NCBI RefSeq assembly: GCF_009914755.1
Contig: NC_060935.1
Direction: 5' to 3' (one strand)
Length of the DNA: 64,000 nt
DNA from: the human T2T-CHM13v2.0 reference genome, Homo sapiens
How positions within the stretch are numbered: the stretch's first letter is position 1; each line of letters opens with the position of its first letter. A model generated the notes under the pieces. That model saw only the letters and a program-made list of their open reading frames with translations, had not been told where the DNA came from and ran no database searches. A program made the position numbers and the translations under genes. Shown here piece after piece: positions 27,395-39,106 of the stretch.

Positions 27395-29677
27395 TGCCTT
27401 AGTTTGTTTTCATGCTGCTGATAAAGATGTACCTGAGACTGGGAAGAAAAAGAGGTTTAATTGAACTTACAGTTCTACATAGCTGGGAAGGCCTCAGATT
27501 CATGGCAGGAGGTGAAAGGCACTTCTTACATGGGGGAGGCAAGAGAAAATGAGGAAGAAGCAAAAGTGGAAACCCCTGATAAACCCATCAGATCTTGTGA
27601 GACTTATTCACTATCACGAGAATAGCATGGGAAAGACTAGCCCCCATGATTCAATTACCTCCCCACCCCAGGTCTCTTCCACAACACATGGGAATTCTGG
27701 GAGATACAATTCAAGTTGAGATTTTGGTGGGGACACAGGCAAACCATATCATTCCAACCCTGGCCCCTCCAAATCTCATATCCTCACATTTCAAAACCAA
27801 TCATGCCTTCCCAACAGTCCCCCAAAGTTTTAACTCATTACAGCATTAACCCAAAAATCCACAGTCCCAAGTCTCATCTGAGACAAGGCAAGTCCCTTCT
27901 ACCTATGAGCCTGTAAGATCAAAAGCAAGCTAGTTACTTCCTAGATATAATAGGGGTACAGGTATTGGGTAAATGCAGCCATTCCAAACAGGAGAAATTG
28001 GCCAAAACAGAGGGGTTACAGGCCCCATGCATGTTTGAAATCCAGCAGGGCAGCTAAATCTTAAAGCTCCAAAATTATCTCCTATGACTTCAGGTCTCAC
28101 ATCCAGGTCATGCTGATGCAAAAGGTGGGTTCCCATAGTCTTGGGGAGCTCTGCCCCTGTGGCTTTGCAGGGCACAGCCTCCCTCCAGGCTGCTTTCACA
28201 GGCTGGCATTGAGTGTCTGTGGCTTTTTCAGGTGCACAGTGCAAGTTGTTGGATCTACCGTTCTGGGGTCTGGAGGACAGTGGCCTCTTCTCACAGCTCC
28301 AATAGGCAGTGCCCCAGTAGGGACTCTGTGTGGGTGTTCCTACCCCACATTTTCCTTCTGCCCTGCCCTAGCAGAGGTTCTCTGTGAGGGCCCCGCCCCG
28401 AAGCAAACTTCTGCATGGGCATCCAGGCATTTCCGTATATCTTCTGAAATCTAGGCAGAGGTTCCCAAACCCCAATTCTTGACTTCTGTGCACCTGAAGG
28501 TTCAACAACATGTGAAAGCTGCCAATACTTGGGGCTTCTATCCTCTGAAGCCACAGCCCAAGCTCTACATTGGCCCCTTTTAGCCATGGCTGGAGCAGTT
28601 GGAACACAGGGCACCAAGTCCCTAGGCTGCACACGGCATGGGGACCCTGGGCCTGGCCCATGAAACCACTTTTTCCTCCTGGGCCTCTGGGCCTGTGATG
28701 GGAGGGGCTGCTGTGAAGGTCTCTGACAAGTCCTGGGGACATTTTCCCCATGGTCTTGGGGATTAACATTAGGCTCCTTGCTACTTATGCAAATTTCTGC
28801 AGCTGGTTTGAATTTCCCCTCAAAAAATGGGTTTTTCTTTTCTACTGCATCATCAGGCAGCAAATTTTCTGAACTTTTATGCTCTGTTTCACTTTTAAAA
28901 CTGAATGCCTTTAACAGCACCCAAGTCACCTCTTGAATGCTTTGCTGCTTAGAAATTTCTTCTGCCAGATACCCTAAATCATCTCTCTCAAGTTCAAAGT
29001 TCCACAAATCTCTAGGTCAGAGGAAAAATGCCTCCAGTCTCTTTGATAAAACATAACAAGAGTCACCTTTACTCCAGTTCCCAACAAGTTCCTCATCTCC
29101 ATCTGGGACCACCTCAGCCTGGACCTTATTGTTCATATCACTATCAGCATTTTTGTCAAAGCCATTGACAAGTCTCTAGGAGGTTCCAAAATTTGCCACA
29201 TTTTTCTCTCTTCTTCTGAACCCTCTAAACTGTTCCAACCTCTGCCCATTACCCAGTTCCAAAGTTGCTTCCACATTTCGGTTATCTTTTCAGCAACGCC
29301 CCACTCTACTGGTACCAATTTACTGTATTAGTCTGTTTTCACACTGCTAATAAGGACATACCCGAGATTGGGGAGAAAAACAGGTTTAATTGGACTTACA
29401 GTTCCACATGGCTGGGGAGGCCTCAGAATCATGGGGGGAGCCAAAAAGCACTTCTTATATGATGGAGGCAAGAGAAAATGAGGAAGAAGCAAAAGTGGAA
29501 ACCCCTGATAAACTTATCAGATCTCATGAGACTTAGTCACTATCATGAGAATAGCACAGGAAAGACTGACCCCCATGATCCAGTTACCTCCCCCTAGTTT
29601 CCTCCCATAACATGTGGGAATTCTGGGAGATACAATTCAAGTTGAGATTTTGGTGGGGACACAGCCAAACTATATCA
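27395..29677 (-). mobile_element. Full-length THE1A MaLR element (LTR 27395-27751, internal region, LTR 29324-29677)
   Basis: Two ~355-bp direct LTRs with a THE1-type internal region and a 5-bp TSD ctgcc at 27390-27394 and 29678-29682. Confidence 0.92.
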
Positions 29678-30187
29678 CTGCCTGATCCAATTCCTTAGAA
29701 ACAGACACCAGCCATATCATGCCAAATTCCTCTCCTTGAGGAGCCATACTATAGCCCAGTTGGTACCCTTGAATCTCATCCTACCTAGCCCAGGCTTGCT
29801 CTTCTGTCCTTAACAGACAGGAATGATATCCCAGTTTGCCTCTGTCAAACCTTCTGAAGTTATGATAGACATAGGTATATGTATGCCTATATGGAAGAGC
29901 ATTGATCCTGAAGCTAAGTCTTATAATTTTTCCTAATTAGCATATTCCTTAGAATTAGCCTACTCTAAAAAATGTTATTTTAAAAAATTAAGTATATATA
30001 CACTGTTAGTTCTGAAATTGGCTTTATTAATTTTAAAAATTAACCTTCAGCTTTTGAACTTATTCCTATTTAAATAATTGAACAATTTCAGGAAATAATG
30101 TTCAAGCTATGCAGAGCAATGTAATAATTTTTTTTGCCCTCACATTTCACTACTTTAAAATGTATTTTACTTTCCTACAATTGCCAG

Positions 30188-30359
30188 AACTTCTCCTTGT
30201 GAGGCTGAGCTTCAGGAATTAATGGAACAAATTGACATCATGGTAAGCAACAAGAAAATGGATTGGGAAAGAAAGATGCGGGCTTTGGAGACACGATTAG
30301 ATCTTCGGGATCAAGAATTGGCAAATGCACAAACTTGTTTGGATCAGAAAGGTCAAGAG
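30188..30359 (+). CDS. DEUP1: DEUP1 coding exon 2 (TSPCEAELQELMEQIDIMVSNKKMDWERKMRALETRLDLRDQELANAQTCLDQKGQE)
   Basis: ccag| acceptor, GAG|gtactg donor, 172 nt. Encodes the CEP63/DEUP1-family N-terminal coiled coil and overlaps ORF 30222..30482. Confidence 0.96.
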
Positions 30360-31761
30360 GTACTGAATACATATGTTAACAAATTGCTAATTCATCAGAC
30401 TGTTACATATAGTATTCTATCAGAATATGTTTTTATTATACATACTTTTTATCAGGCATCAGCAACAGCATTTATTGCTTGAAATTCTGTCAGCAAATTA
30501 TAGGCTAAATGTATTATATCAAATAAGTGAAAATCAGAACCTAAATCCATAGATGTTTGCTGATAGAGACAGATACATAGTGTCAATGCCATCTGTAAAA
30601 GTAAGCAAATATTTAATATATATGTAAAATATTGTTTGCAAGTAAAGATGTAAGTACTCTTGCTGCTGCAGAAACAAAGAAGTAGTCATCAAAACTGTGG
30701 ACAAGGCAGAGTTCAGTAACATTTGCTTCTTTGAATATGCTGGAAAAAATAGAAGTAAGATGTCAAGAATTGATAATAGGACAAAGGAGAAAAGAGTTTG
30801 GTAAAGTGGTGTGTGTATACCTGGGACACCCACTTAAGAGGAGTTCCCTTAGTCCCTCTAGGCTGCTCACTGCCAAGCTGGTGGTCATAGAAGAATATAT
30901 GAGTGCTCTCAGGCCTGCGAAGGCATTCAGGAAAACCATATGCTTTATTTGATGTGGACTTTGTGTCTGTGAGTTTTTCTTTTGGGAAAAGAAATGTTTA
31001 AAGGAAATGTTTGCTAGTTATATACCGTAACAAAACATCATTAGTTAACTTGTTCATCAACCATTTTTCTACCTTTATTGACTTCTCAGTGGAACTTATT
31101 TTGGCATAGTTAACTATATTATTGTTTGGCATAGGTAACTTAGTTATTGGCATCTAGTTTTCCTTCACAGTAGAGGTAGGTCATCAAAACATGGCATATG
31201 CATTCTTCTTCTTTTAGCTTTTATATGTATACTGACACAGATATGTAAACAAGTGCCTCATCTGCCTTTTAAAGAGACAAATTATATAAGCCAAATCCTT
31301 AGGAACTGCTCTTAGACAATTTTCTTTTTCTTTTTAATGTATTAGTTGTTATAAAAATGTATCAATTATTTCATAATACCACTAAAACAGAGATCCTCTT
31401 GAAGGTAATGGAGAAAAAAAAAGCTGAATTATATTGGTAGAGGTTTTGCTTGGAATGATGACATAGCCTCCCAAAAGGATAATGCAAAGTAAATTCTAAC
31501 CCTGAATTTTAAATGTGATGATGATAAGGATCTTTTGTTAAACATCCGTACTGTCCTAATGTGTACCTTGTGGAATAGTGCTAGCAATGTTTGGTTTTTG
31601 TGAATTTAATTATTGATAGCTATTTTAAGAAGTGCAGTACAAATATTTACTCTTGGTTTGGTACAGCCATTTTATTTGAATTGTTCTTCTCTTTTGCACA
31701 TTTTCTGATTTTGTCAGGCAAAATTTAGAAAAAGCAAAATTAAATTTTATTCTTCATGCAG

Positions 31762-31857
31762 GTAGGGTTACTTCGACAGAAATTGGACAGTCTGGAAAAA
31801 TGTAATTTAGCAATGACTCAGAATTATGAAGGACAACTACAAAGCCTAAAGGCTCAA
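31762..31857 (+). CDS. DEUP1: DEUP1 coding exon 3 (VGLLRQKLDSLEKCNLAMTQNYEGQLQSLKAQ)
   Basis: gcag| acceptor, CAA|gtaaga donor, 96 nt, phase 0-0, frame open. Confidence 0.95.
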
Positions 31858-33390
31858 GTAAGAAAACTTATTATAATTTAATATCACACATTTTGATATA
31901 TTTTTTTTTACCTGTAGAGTTGTGTTAACTTTAAACTGTTTTCAGTATAAACAAATGTCTTGTATTTTAATTATAAGCTTGGTCATGTCTTTCCCTGTTT
32001 TATATGCATTGATTTTGTCTCTTACTAGATTGTTGTCTTGCTATATTTTCTGTGCCTCTGTTAGCACAGTAGTAGACAAATGGCTTTCTATTTCTCAAGA
32101 GACTTGTTGATGAATTAAATAATAATTAGCTCACAAAAAATAATTCTGTGAGCAACAACAAAAAACAATTATTTTTTGTGGTTATTACTATCTAATAAAG
32201 ATGTTCTCAATTCTGTGATAATTTAAAATGTGGAAGTTTGCTGTTATGAAATAGATAATTGAAATAATAAAACTGGTCTTTATTACCTTGTTACTGGTAG
32301 GACTGTTTCTTACATGATAGTGCTTCTGCATATGTATTGAGAAGGATACAGATTTCTTTTTCACTTATCCCTGTATCTTCACACAAAGAAGGCACACAAA
32401 ATGCCTTCTTTACCACAGATAGCACGTAGGGTAATAATCATTTGAGTATGTCAAATGTAGTAGATGCTATATCTTTGCTTAACTTAGTGAATGAATCAAT
32501 GGGAAATATGGTTTGATTATGAAATTTTACTTTACGACCAACTTTTTTTGGAGTACAAATATTTCACATATGATAATTTAATTAAAGGAGCCTAAGCAAT
32601 TACTGAACCTTTTTAAATACGTTTTAGGAGGTAATTAAGCCATTAAGATTGAAATATGAAACATTTGATGCCATTTAACAGATGATTTTACAAGACTAGT
32701 TCTTAGTCTACCTAGACATTTTGCCTATAGTTCAAGTAACTGCCACTGTATGGTAGCTTGAGTTATAAAATTATATATGGTTTTTACTAGCTTAGACTCT
32801 GAGCATTTAGCATGTAAGTCACCTCAACCTTTATTTTTCTATGAAGATAAGGCTGTAAAACAACAACATAAACATTAAATCATTACATATTGGTCAATAT
32901 AAATAAAGAGATCACAATCTGTAGTAGGTTTGAAAACCACACAGAAATCTAGAAAGTTAGGTGCCATCTCTAAGTTGTATTTAACCAGTTCAGTCACTGC
33001 TTTCCAAATCTTTCATTTCTGTTTGGGTATGTTTTCATCTTGTTAAAAAGTTCTTGGCTTTGTTTACAGGCACCAAGCAGTCATTTAATATATGAATCCT
33101 TGCCATTTGATGCTTTGCCGCTCTATTTTATTATTTGGCTGATGGCTGGTTTTCAGTGCTAACCAAAAAATATCTTTATGGTAACTTAATAAAAATTTGT
33201 TCTGTGGAAAACACTGTGAGTTTAGGAAATGCTGTTTAAGCTAATGCTGGCCAAGTTAAGACTCCTCCCCTCCTGGAGATTAAGGGTACACATTAGCATA
33301 TTACAGGCCATAAGAAGTCCTGCCTTAAACAAACTGATTTAGCCTTTCCAATCCATCGTGTTCCAAAGATATTGGACAATGGAGCTCTTC

Positions 33391-33696
33391 TTTTTATTTA
33401 TTTATTTATTTAATTGAGATGGAGTCTTGCTCTGTCGCCCAGGCTGGAGTGCAGTGGCATGATCTCGGCTCACTGCAACCTCCGCCACCCTGGTTCAAGT
33501 GATTGTCGTGCCTCAGCCTCCAAATAGCTGGGATTACAGGTGCGCACCGCCACACCCAGCTAATTTGTGTATTTTTAATAGAGATGGTGTTTCGCCTTGT
33601 TGGCCTGTCTGGTCTTGAACTCCTGACCTCAGATGATATGCCCACCTCAGCCTCCCAAAGTGCTGGAATTACAGGCGTGAGACACCATGCCCAGCC
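33391..33696 (-). mobile_element. AluSx-like
   Basis: Full antisense Alu with a (TTTA)n tail. Confidence 0.9.
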
Positions 33697-34214
33697 TCTT
33701 CTCTTTTTTTAAGCTAAAACATTCTGATACCACTGTAAACAGGGGTTTCGTGGAATACACTGGGAATGCTACATTATTGTTGAGAGCCACCTATTTTCAC
33801 TGCAGTTTTCTGCTTCTCTTTTTCTCTAGTTAAAAGAAAAAGAGGAAGAAAGGGAAGGAGAGCAAAAGAGAAGGAAGGAGGAAAGTAGGGGAAAAGAGAG
33901 AAAAAGAAAAGTACTATGTACTTGATTCGGTTTGCATAAAGCTAGTAATATGCTGTTTTTCTAAGCAGAAAATGGTATCTTGTGGCTAACATGCTTTTGT
34001 TGCTGCCAGCTCACTCTACAGCTTCTTCCTTTGAAATTTCTGGTTTATTTACAATTTCATTTTCCTGAAACATCTTAAGGATACACTTTACCACACCCTG
34101 CCTTGAATAACTCAACTCTGTCAAAGCTTCCTTTTAGAAATTGCTTTCCTTTTAAAAAGGAGTTATTTTTTTTCCTTCTAACTATTATAAAACTATAATT
34201 TCAAGTACATAAAT

Positions 34215-37200
34215 TTGAGGCTTTTGCTTGTGGAATAGATATACTCTTCCCTATCCTCCGATTAAATTGGACATCATTTATAAAACAACATAAGACTCTG
34301 AGAAGTGGAGAGAAGAGAGAGATTGGCTAAGGACCTTGGGACTCAAGAATGTCACAATAGTGAGTTCCCTAGGATTTGTTTTTGCCTCATATATCTCAGA
34401 CTGAGTAACAGAAGCTGGCAAACCAGTTATGCCAATGGGTGCAAACAAACAAAAAGAGCCCCAAGGAAAGTCTGCTCTCTCCAGCCAAAAGACCAGAAGA
34501 GAGACAGCCTACCAAGATAATACACTTTTAGATAACAACCTCTCTACTCCAGCCTAATAAAACAGAAAACAAACAAACAACAACAACAACAAAAACTATA
34601 GCCCCACTGCCACCTACAAAGGCTTAGTGGAAAAACCTAGATTTCTGCCTTCACTAAGCTGTAACAAGGTAACCCGGGCCCTCTTTCCTGGGTAATGTCT
34701 GAGAAGACTGAGTGGAGAGCCAGGACTTTCATCCTCACTAGACATTAACAAGGCCCTCATCAACCCATCGTGACATTGGAGAGCCTGGACTTCTACACCT
34801 ACCTGGTGGTAAGGAGGCACCTCTCCCTGTCTACTCTCGGGTGGTATCATAGGAAGGCTGTTGAGGAGTCACCACTGCTTAGTGGTGACAAGTTCACCCA
34901 CCCCCACTATAGTATCACTGAAGGCCATTTGAGAAGAGTTACAAGGCACCCATGCCCCTTCAATCAAAGTGTATTAGTGAAAGACTAGTGGGGAGCCTGA
35001 ACTCCCACTTCCAATCAGCAGTAATAAGGAGCACCTCCCATTGGATACCAACTGAAGCCAAGTGAAGACTTGGACATCCACTATCCCCTGGCAGTAATAA
35101 AGGGGCACTCCATTTTCCCTTCTAGAAATTGTCAGAGGAGGACTGCTAAAACACAATATTTGAATAAAATCCAGAGTCTCAAAACACAATACACAAAAAT
35201 GTCCAGGTATCAATAAAAATCATTCATTATAGAAAGAACCAAGAAGATCTCAACTTGAATAAGAAAAGACACTCAACAGATGCCAAGGCCAAGATGCCAC
35301 ACGTTAGAATTATCTGATTTTAAAGCAGCTGTTATAAAAATACTTCCATGAACTATTACAAATATGGCTTGAAATAAATGAAAAATTATAAAGCTTTAGC
35401 AAATAAATAATATAAAGAACCAATTAGAAATTTTATAACTGAAAAGTATAATAACCAAATTTAAAAACTCAATGGATGGACTTAAAAGCAGAATGAGGAG
35501 GACAGAGGGAAAAGAATCAGCTCGAAGACAATACAATAGAAATTATCCAATCTGAACAACAGAGAGAAAGAGTAAAAGAAAATGAACCTTGGGGACATGT
35601 AGTATGATAACAAGCAATTTAAAATTTATATCATCAGAGAACCCAGAAGGAGAGGAGAAAGATGGGGAGGGTGAAAAAGCATTCAAAGAAATAATAGCTG
35701 AAAAGTTACAAAACTTAGCAAAAAAAAAAAAAAAAAGTAAACCTGCAGATTGAAAAGCTGAGTGAACTTCAAACAGGATAAATCAAAAGACAGCCATATT
35801 AAGACACATCATAGTCAAAGTTCTGAAAACCAAAAGACAAAGAAAAAAATCTTGGAAGCAGCAAGAGAGAAATGACACCTTAGCTATTGGGGAAACCAAT
35901 TCTGATAATGGTGGCTTTCTCTCTGGAAACGATGGAGGCTTTCAAGTGCTGAAAGAACAGCGCTTTCAACCCAGAATTCTATGTCTGGCAAAAATACCCT
36001 TCAGGAATGAAGGGGAAATTAAAACATTCTCAAACGAAGGAAAACTAAAAGGATTTGTTGCTGGCAGACCTACCCTAAAAGAATGGCTAAAGAAAGTTCT
36101 CTTAACAGAAAAGAAATGATAAAGAAGGAATCTTAAGACATCAGCGAAGAAGTAAAAACACCAAAAAGAGTAAAAAACATGGGGGGAAATGCAATAGACT
36201 TTCCTTATCCTCTTGTATTTTCTAAATTTTTTGATAGCAAAAAATGATAACCTTGTCTAATATGGTTTTCAGTATATGTACAGGAAACACTAAGATAATT
36301 GTGTTATAAATGGAACAGAGTAAAAGAACATAAGGAAAGTAAGATTTCTACACTTGAACTGGAAAGATGTCAAACACCAATAGACTGTGATAAATTATGT
36401 AAATATAGTGTAATACCTACAGCAACCACTAAAAAAGATCTACAAAGAGATATACTCAAAAACACTACAGATAAAATGGATTCTAAAATAATGCTCATGT
36501 AATTCACAAGAAGACAAGAAAGTGAAAATAGAGAAACCAAAAGCTAGAGAACAAACAGGAAACAAAAAAGGGCTTAAGCCTTGACATATCAATAATTACA
36601 TTAAATAGAAATGGTCTAAATACACCAACTGAAAGACAGAGATTGACAATAAATTAAAAAATGACAAACTCACTTCAAATATAACTATATAGGCAAGTTG
36701 AAACTAAAAAGATGGAGAAATATACCATGCAAATATTAATAGAAAGCAGAAGTGGTGCCAAGATAATTCAATAAAGAAAGATTAGTCTCTTCTACAAATG
36801 GTGCAATGACAAGAGGATATCCACATGCAAAGGAACTAAGTTGGAGCCCTACCTTAAACCACAGACAAAAATTAACTCAAAATGGATCAAAGATCCAAAT
36901 GTAAAACCTAAATCTAAAAAGCTCTTAGAAGAAAACATAGGAGTAAATCTTCATGACCTTGGATTAGGCAATGGTTTCTTAGATATGGCATCAAAAGGAC
37001 AAGCAACAAAAAATTAGACAAATTTGATGTCATTAAAATTTTAAAACTTTTGTGCTTCAAAGGACACCATCAGGAAAGTGAAAAGACCCCCAGCAATGGG
37101 GAGAAAATATTTGTAAACCATATATTTGATAAGGGACTAGTATCTAGAATATATGAATAACTTACTAATTAATAATAAAAAGACAGATGACCAAATTTTA

Positions 37201-38315
37201 AAATGGATAAATATTTGAATAGATATTTCTCCAAAGCAGATATATGAATGGCCAATAAGCACATAAAAAATGCTTAACATCATTAGTCATTAGGGATATG
37301 GAAACCAAAACCACAATATCCATTCACATCCACTAGGATGGTTATAATAAAAAAGAAAATAACAAGTGTTGGAGAGGATATGGAGACATTGTAACCCAAT
37401 GTATTGTGAATGGGAATGGAAAATGGTACAGCCATTTTGGAAGACAATTTTTCTGTTCATCAAAAAGTTATTAAAGTTACTATAAGATCCAACAATTCCA
37501 CTCCTAGGTATACACCCAAGAGAAAGTAAAACATCTATCTACACAAAAACTTCTATGTAACTGTTCACAGTAGCATTATTTATAATATCTCAAAGTGGAA
37601 ACAACCCACATTTCTATCAGTTGATGAATGGATAAACAAAATGTAGTGTATTTATGCAATGGAATATTATTCAGGTGAATTTTATAGTAGGTGAATTATA
37701 TCTCAATTTAAAATTATGAGGAAAAAAGCAGAAGTGGCTACTTTAATTAATCTGATAAAGTAGACACCATTGTTCATAGCGTTATTTACAGTAGACAAAA
37801 ACTGGAAAAAATCAAAATGTCTCAATATATGAATGGTTAAACAAACTGATACATTTATACCATGGAATACTATTCAGCACTAAAAAGGAATTCATGCATG
37901 GCTTTCACATTAAGCTGAGTGAAAAAAATACAATCCCAAAAGGTAATGTGCTGTATGATTTCTTTTTATAACATTCTCAAAATTATAGAGATGGAAAACA
38001 AATTAGTGGTTTTCAGGGATTAGGGGTTGGGGGATGAGGGGACTAAGTGTGATTCTAAAGGGATAGCATGAAGGAGATCTTTGTGGTGACAGAATAGTCT
38101 ATATCTAGATTGTGGTTGTGGTCAGATAAATCTATATATGTGATAAAATGGCATAGAACTATATACATATATTGGTCCAATTTCAATTTCCTGGGTTTGA
38201 TGTACTGTGGTTCAATAAGATGTAAATATTGGGGGAAACTGGGTGAAGAGAACCTGGGACCTCAGTAATAACTTTGGAACTTCCTGTAAACCTATAATTA
38301 TTTTAAAATAAAATG
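34215..38315 (+). mobile_element. Old L1M (L1MC-like): 5'UTR, ORF1, start of ORF2 and 3'UTR, with a nested second L1 at 36756-37724
   Basis: A-rich L1 ORF1/ORF2-like sequence. The nested L1 is bounded by the 13-bp direct repeat aaagcagaagtgg at 36743-36755 and 37725-37737. Confidence 0.8.
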
Positions 38316-38971
38316 TGTAAACAAGACACATTTGAAAACAGATACATGAGTATAGAAATTTCCTCACAAATGTTCATAAACTATGCTACTTTGAATCTAT
38401 TATTTGAAGGTAGAACAGGAAATGGAAAAAATAATACAATGTTATAAAAAGAATTATAATTAAGAAAAATATTAGATCAATTTTGATATTAAAATTTATT
38501 TAAACGTATCCACATGAATAAGTGGCTTATGTTACTTATGTCTTTTAAATTAATACATATTCTGTTTTCTTAAGTAAGGTATAAGCTAGTTATTTTGTAG
38601 ATTTACTGGATTTAAAATTGTAAACACAAGACGGCACTAACTAAAAGTAAGAAAAAAACTTGTTTTTTAAAAAAATTGTGAGCTTTGCTGCATATGATTA
38701 AAACAAAATTGAACAAGCCATTTATCAAGTGAATAATTGTTTAACTGTGCAGTTAATGAATCTCGAGTTTACATGAAAGCTGAATTGTGTTCAGCTTCAA
38801 TAATTTAGTTTTAATAACTGGTTCTGTCTTCACTAATTGAAACATTTAAGCTTTAGTGCACTTTCTAATCATGACAAATTTTCAAAGAGGTACACAGGAA
38901 AAGAGATATAGTGAAATCAGGTTAGAAATAATTGGTAATAGTAAAATGTTAACATTTTCTGTGATTTACAG

Positions 38972-39106
38972 TTTTCCAAACTAACAAATAACTTTGAAAA
39001 ACTGAGATTACATCAGATGAAACAAAACAAAGTTCCACGAAAAGAATTACCACACCTTAAAGAAGAAATACCCTTTGAACTGAGCAATTTGAACCAGAAA
39101 TTAGAG
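38972..39106 (+). CDS. DEUP1: DEUP1 coding exon 4 (FSKLTNNFEKLRLHQMKQNKVPRKELPHLKEEIPFELSNLNQKLE)
   Basis: tacag| acceptor, GAG|gtgaga donor, 135 nt, phase 0-0. Overlaps ORF 39017..39241. Confidence 0.95.

Noticed and set aside
28291-29007. 238-aa minus-strand ORF
   Set aside because: Lies wholly within the THE1A internal region and is the usual MaLR-internal frame remnant. No evidence of domestication.
30360-30482. ORF-track extensions of DEUP1 exons beyond their donors (also at 39107-39241, 45778-45831 and 60042-60060)
   Set aside because: These are read-through into intron sequence. GT donors and phase-compatible downstream exons define the true exon ends.
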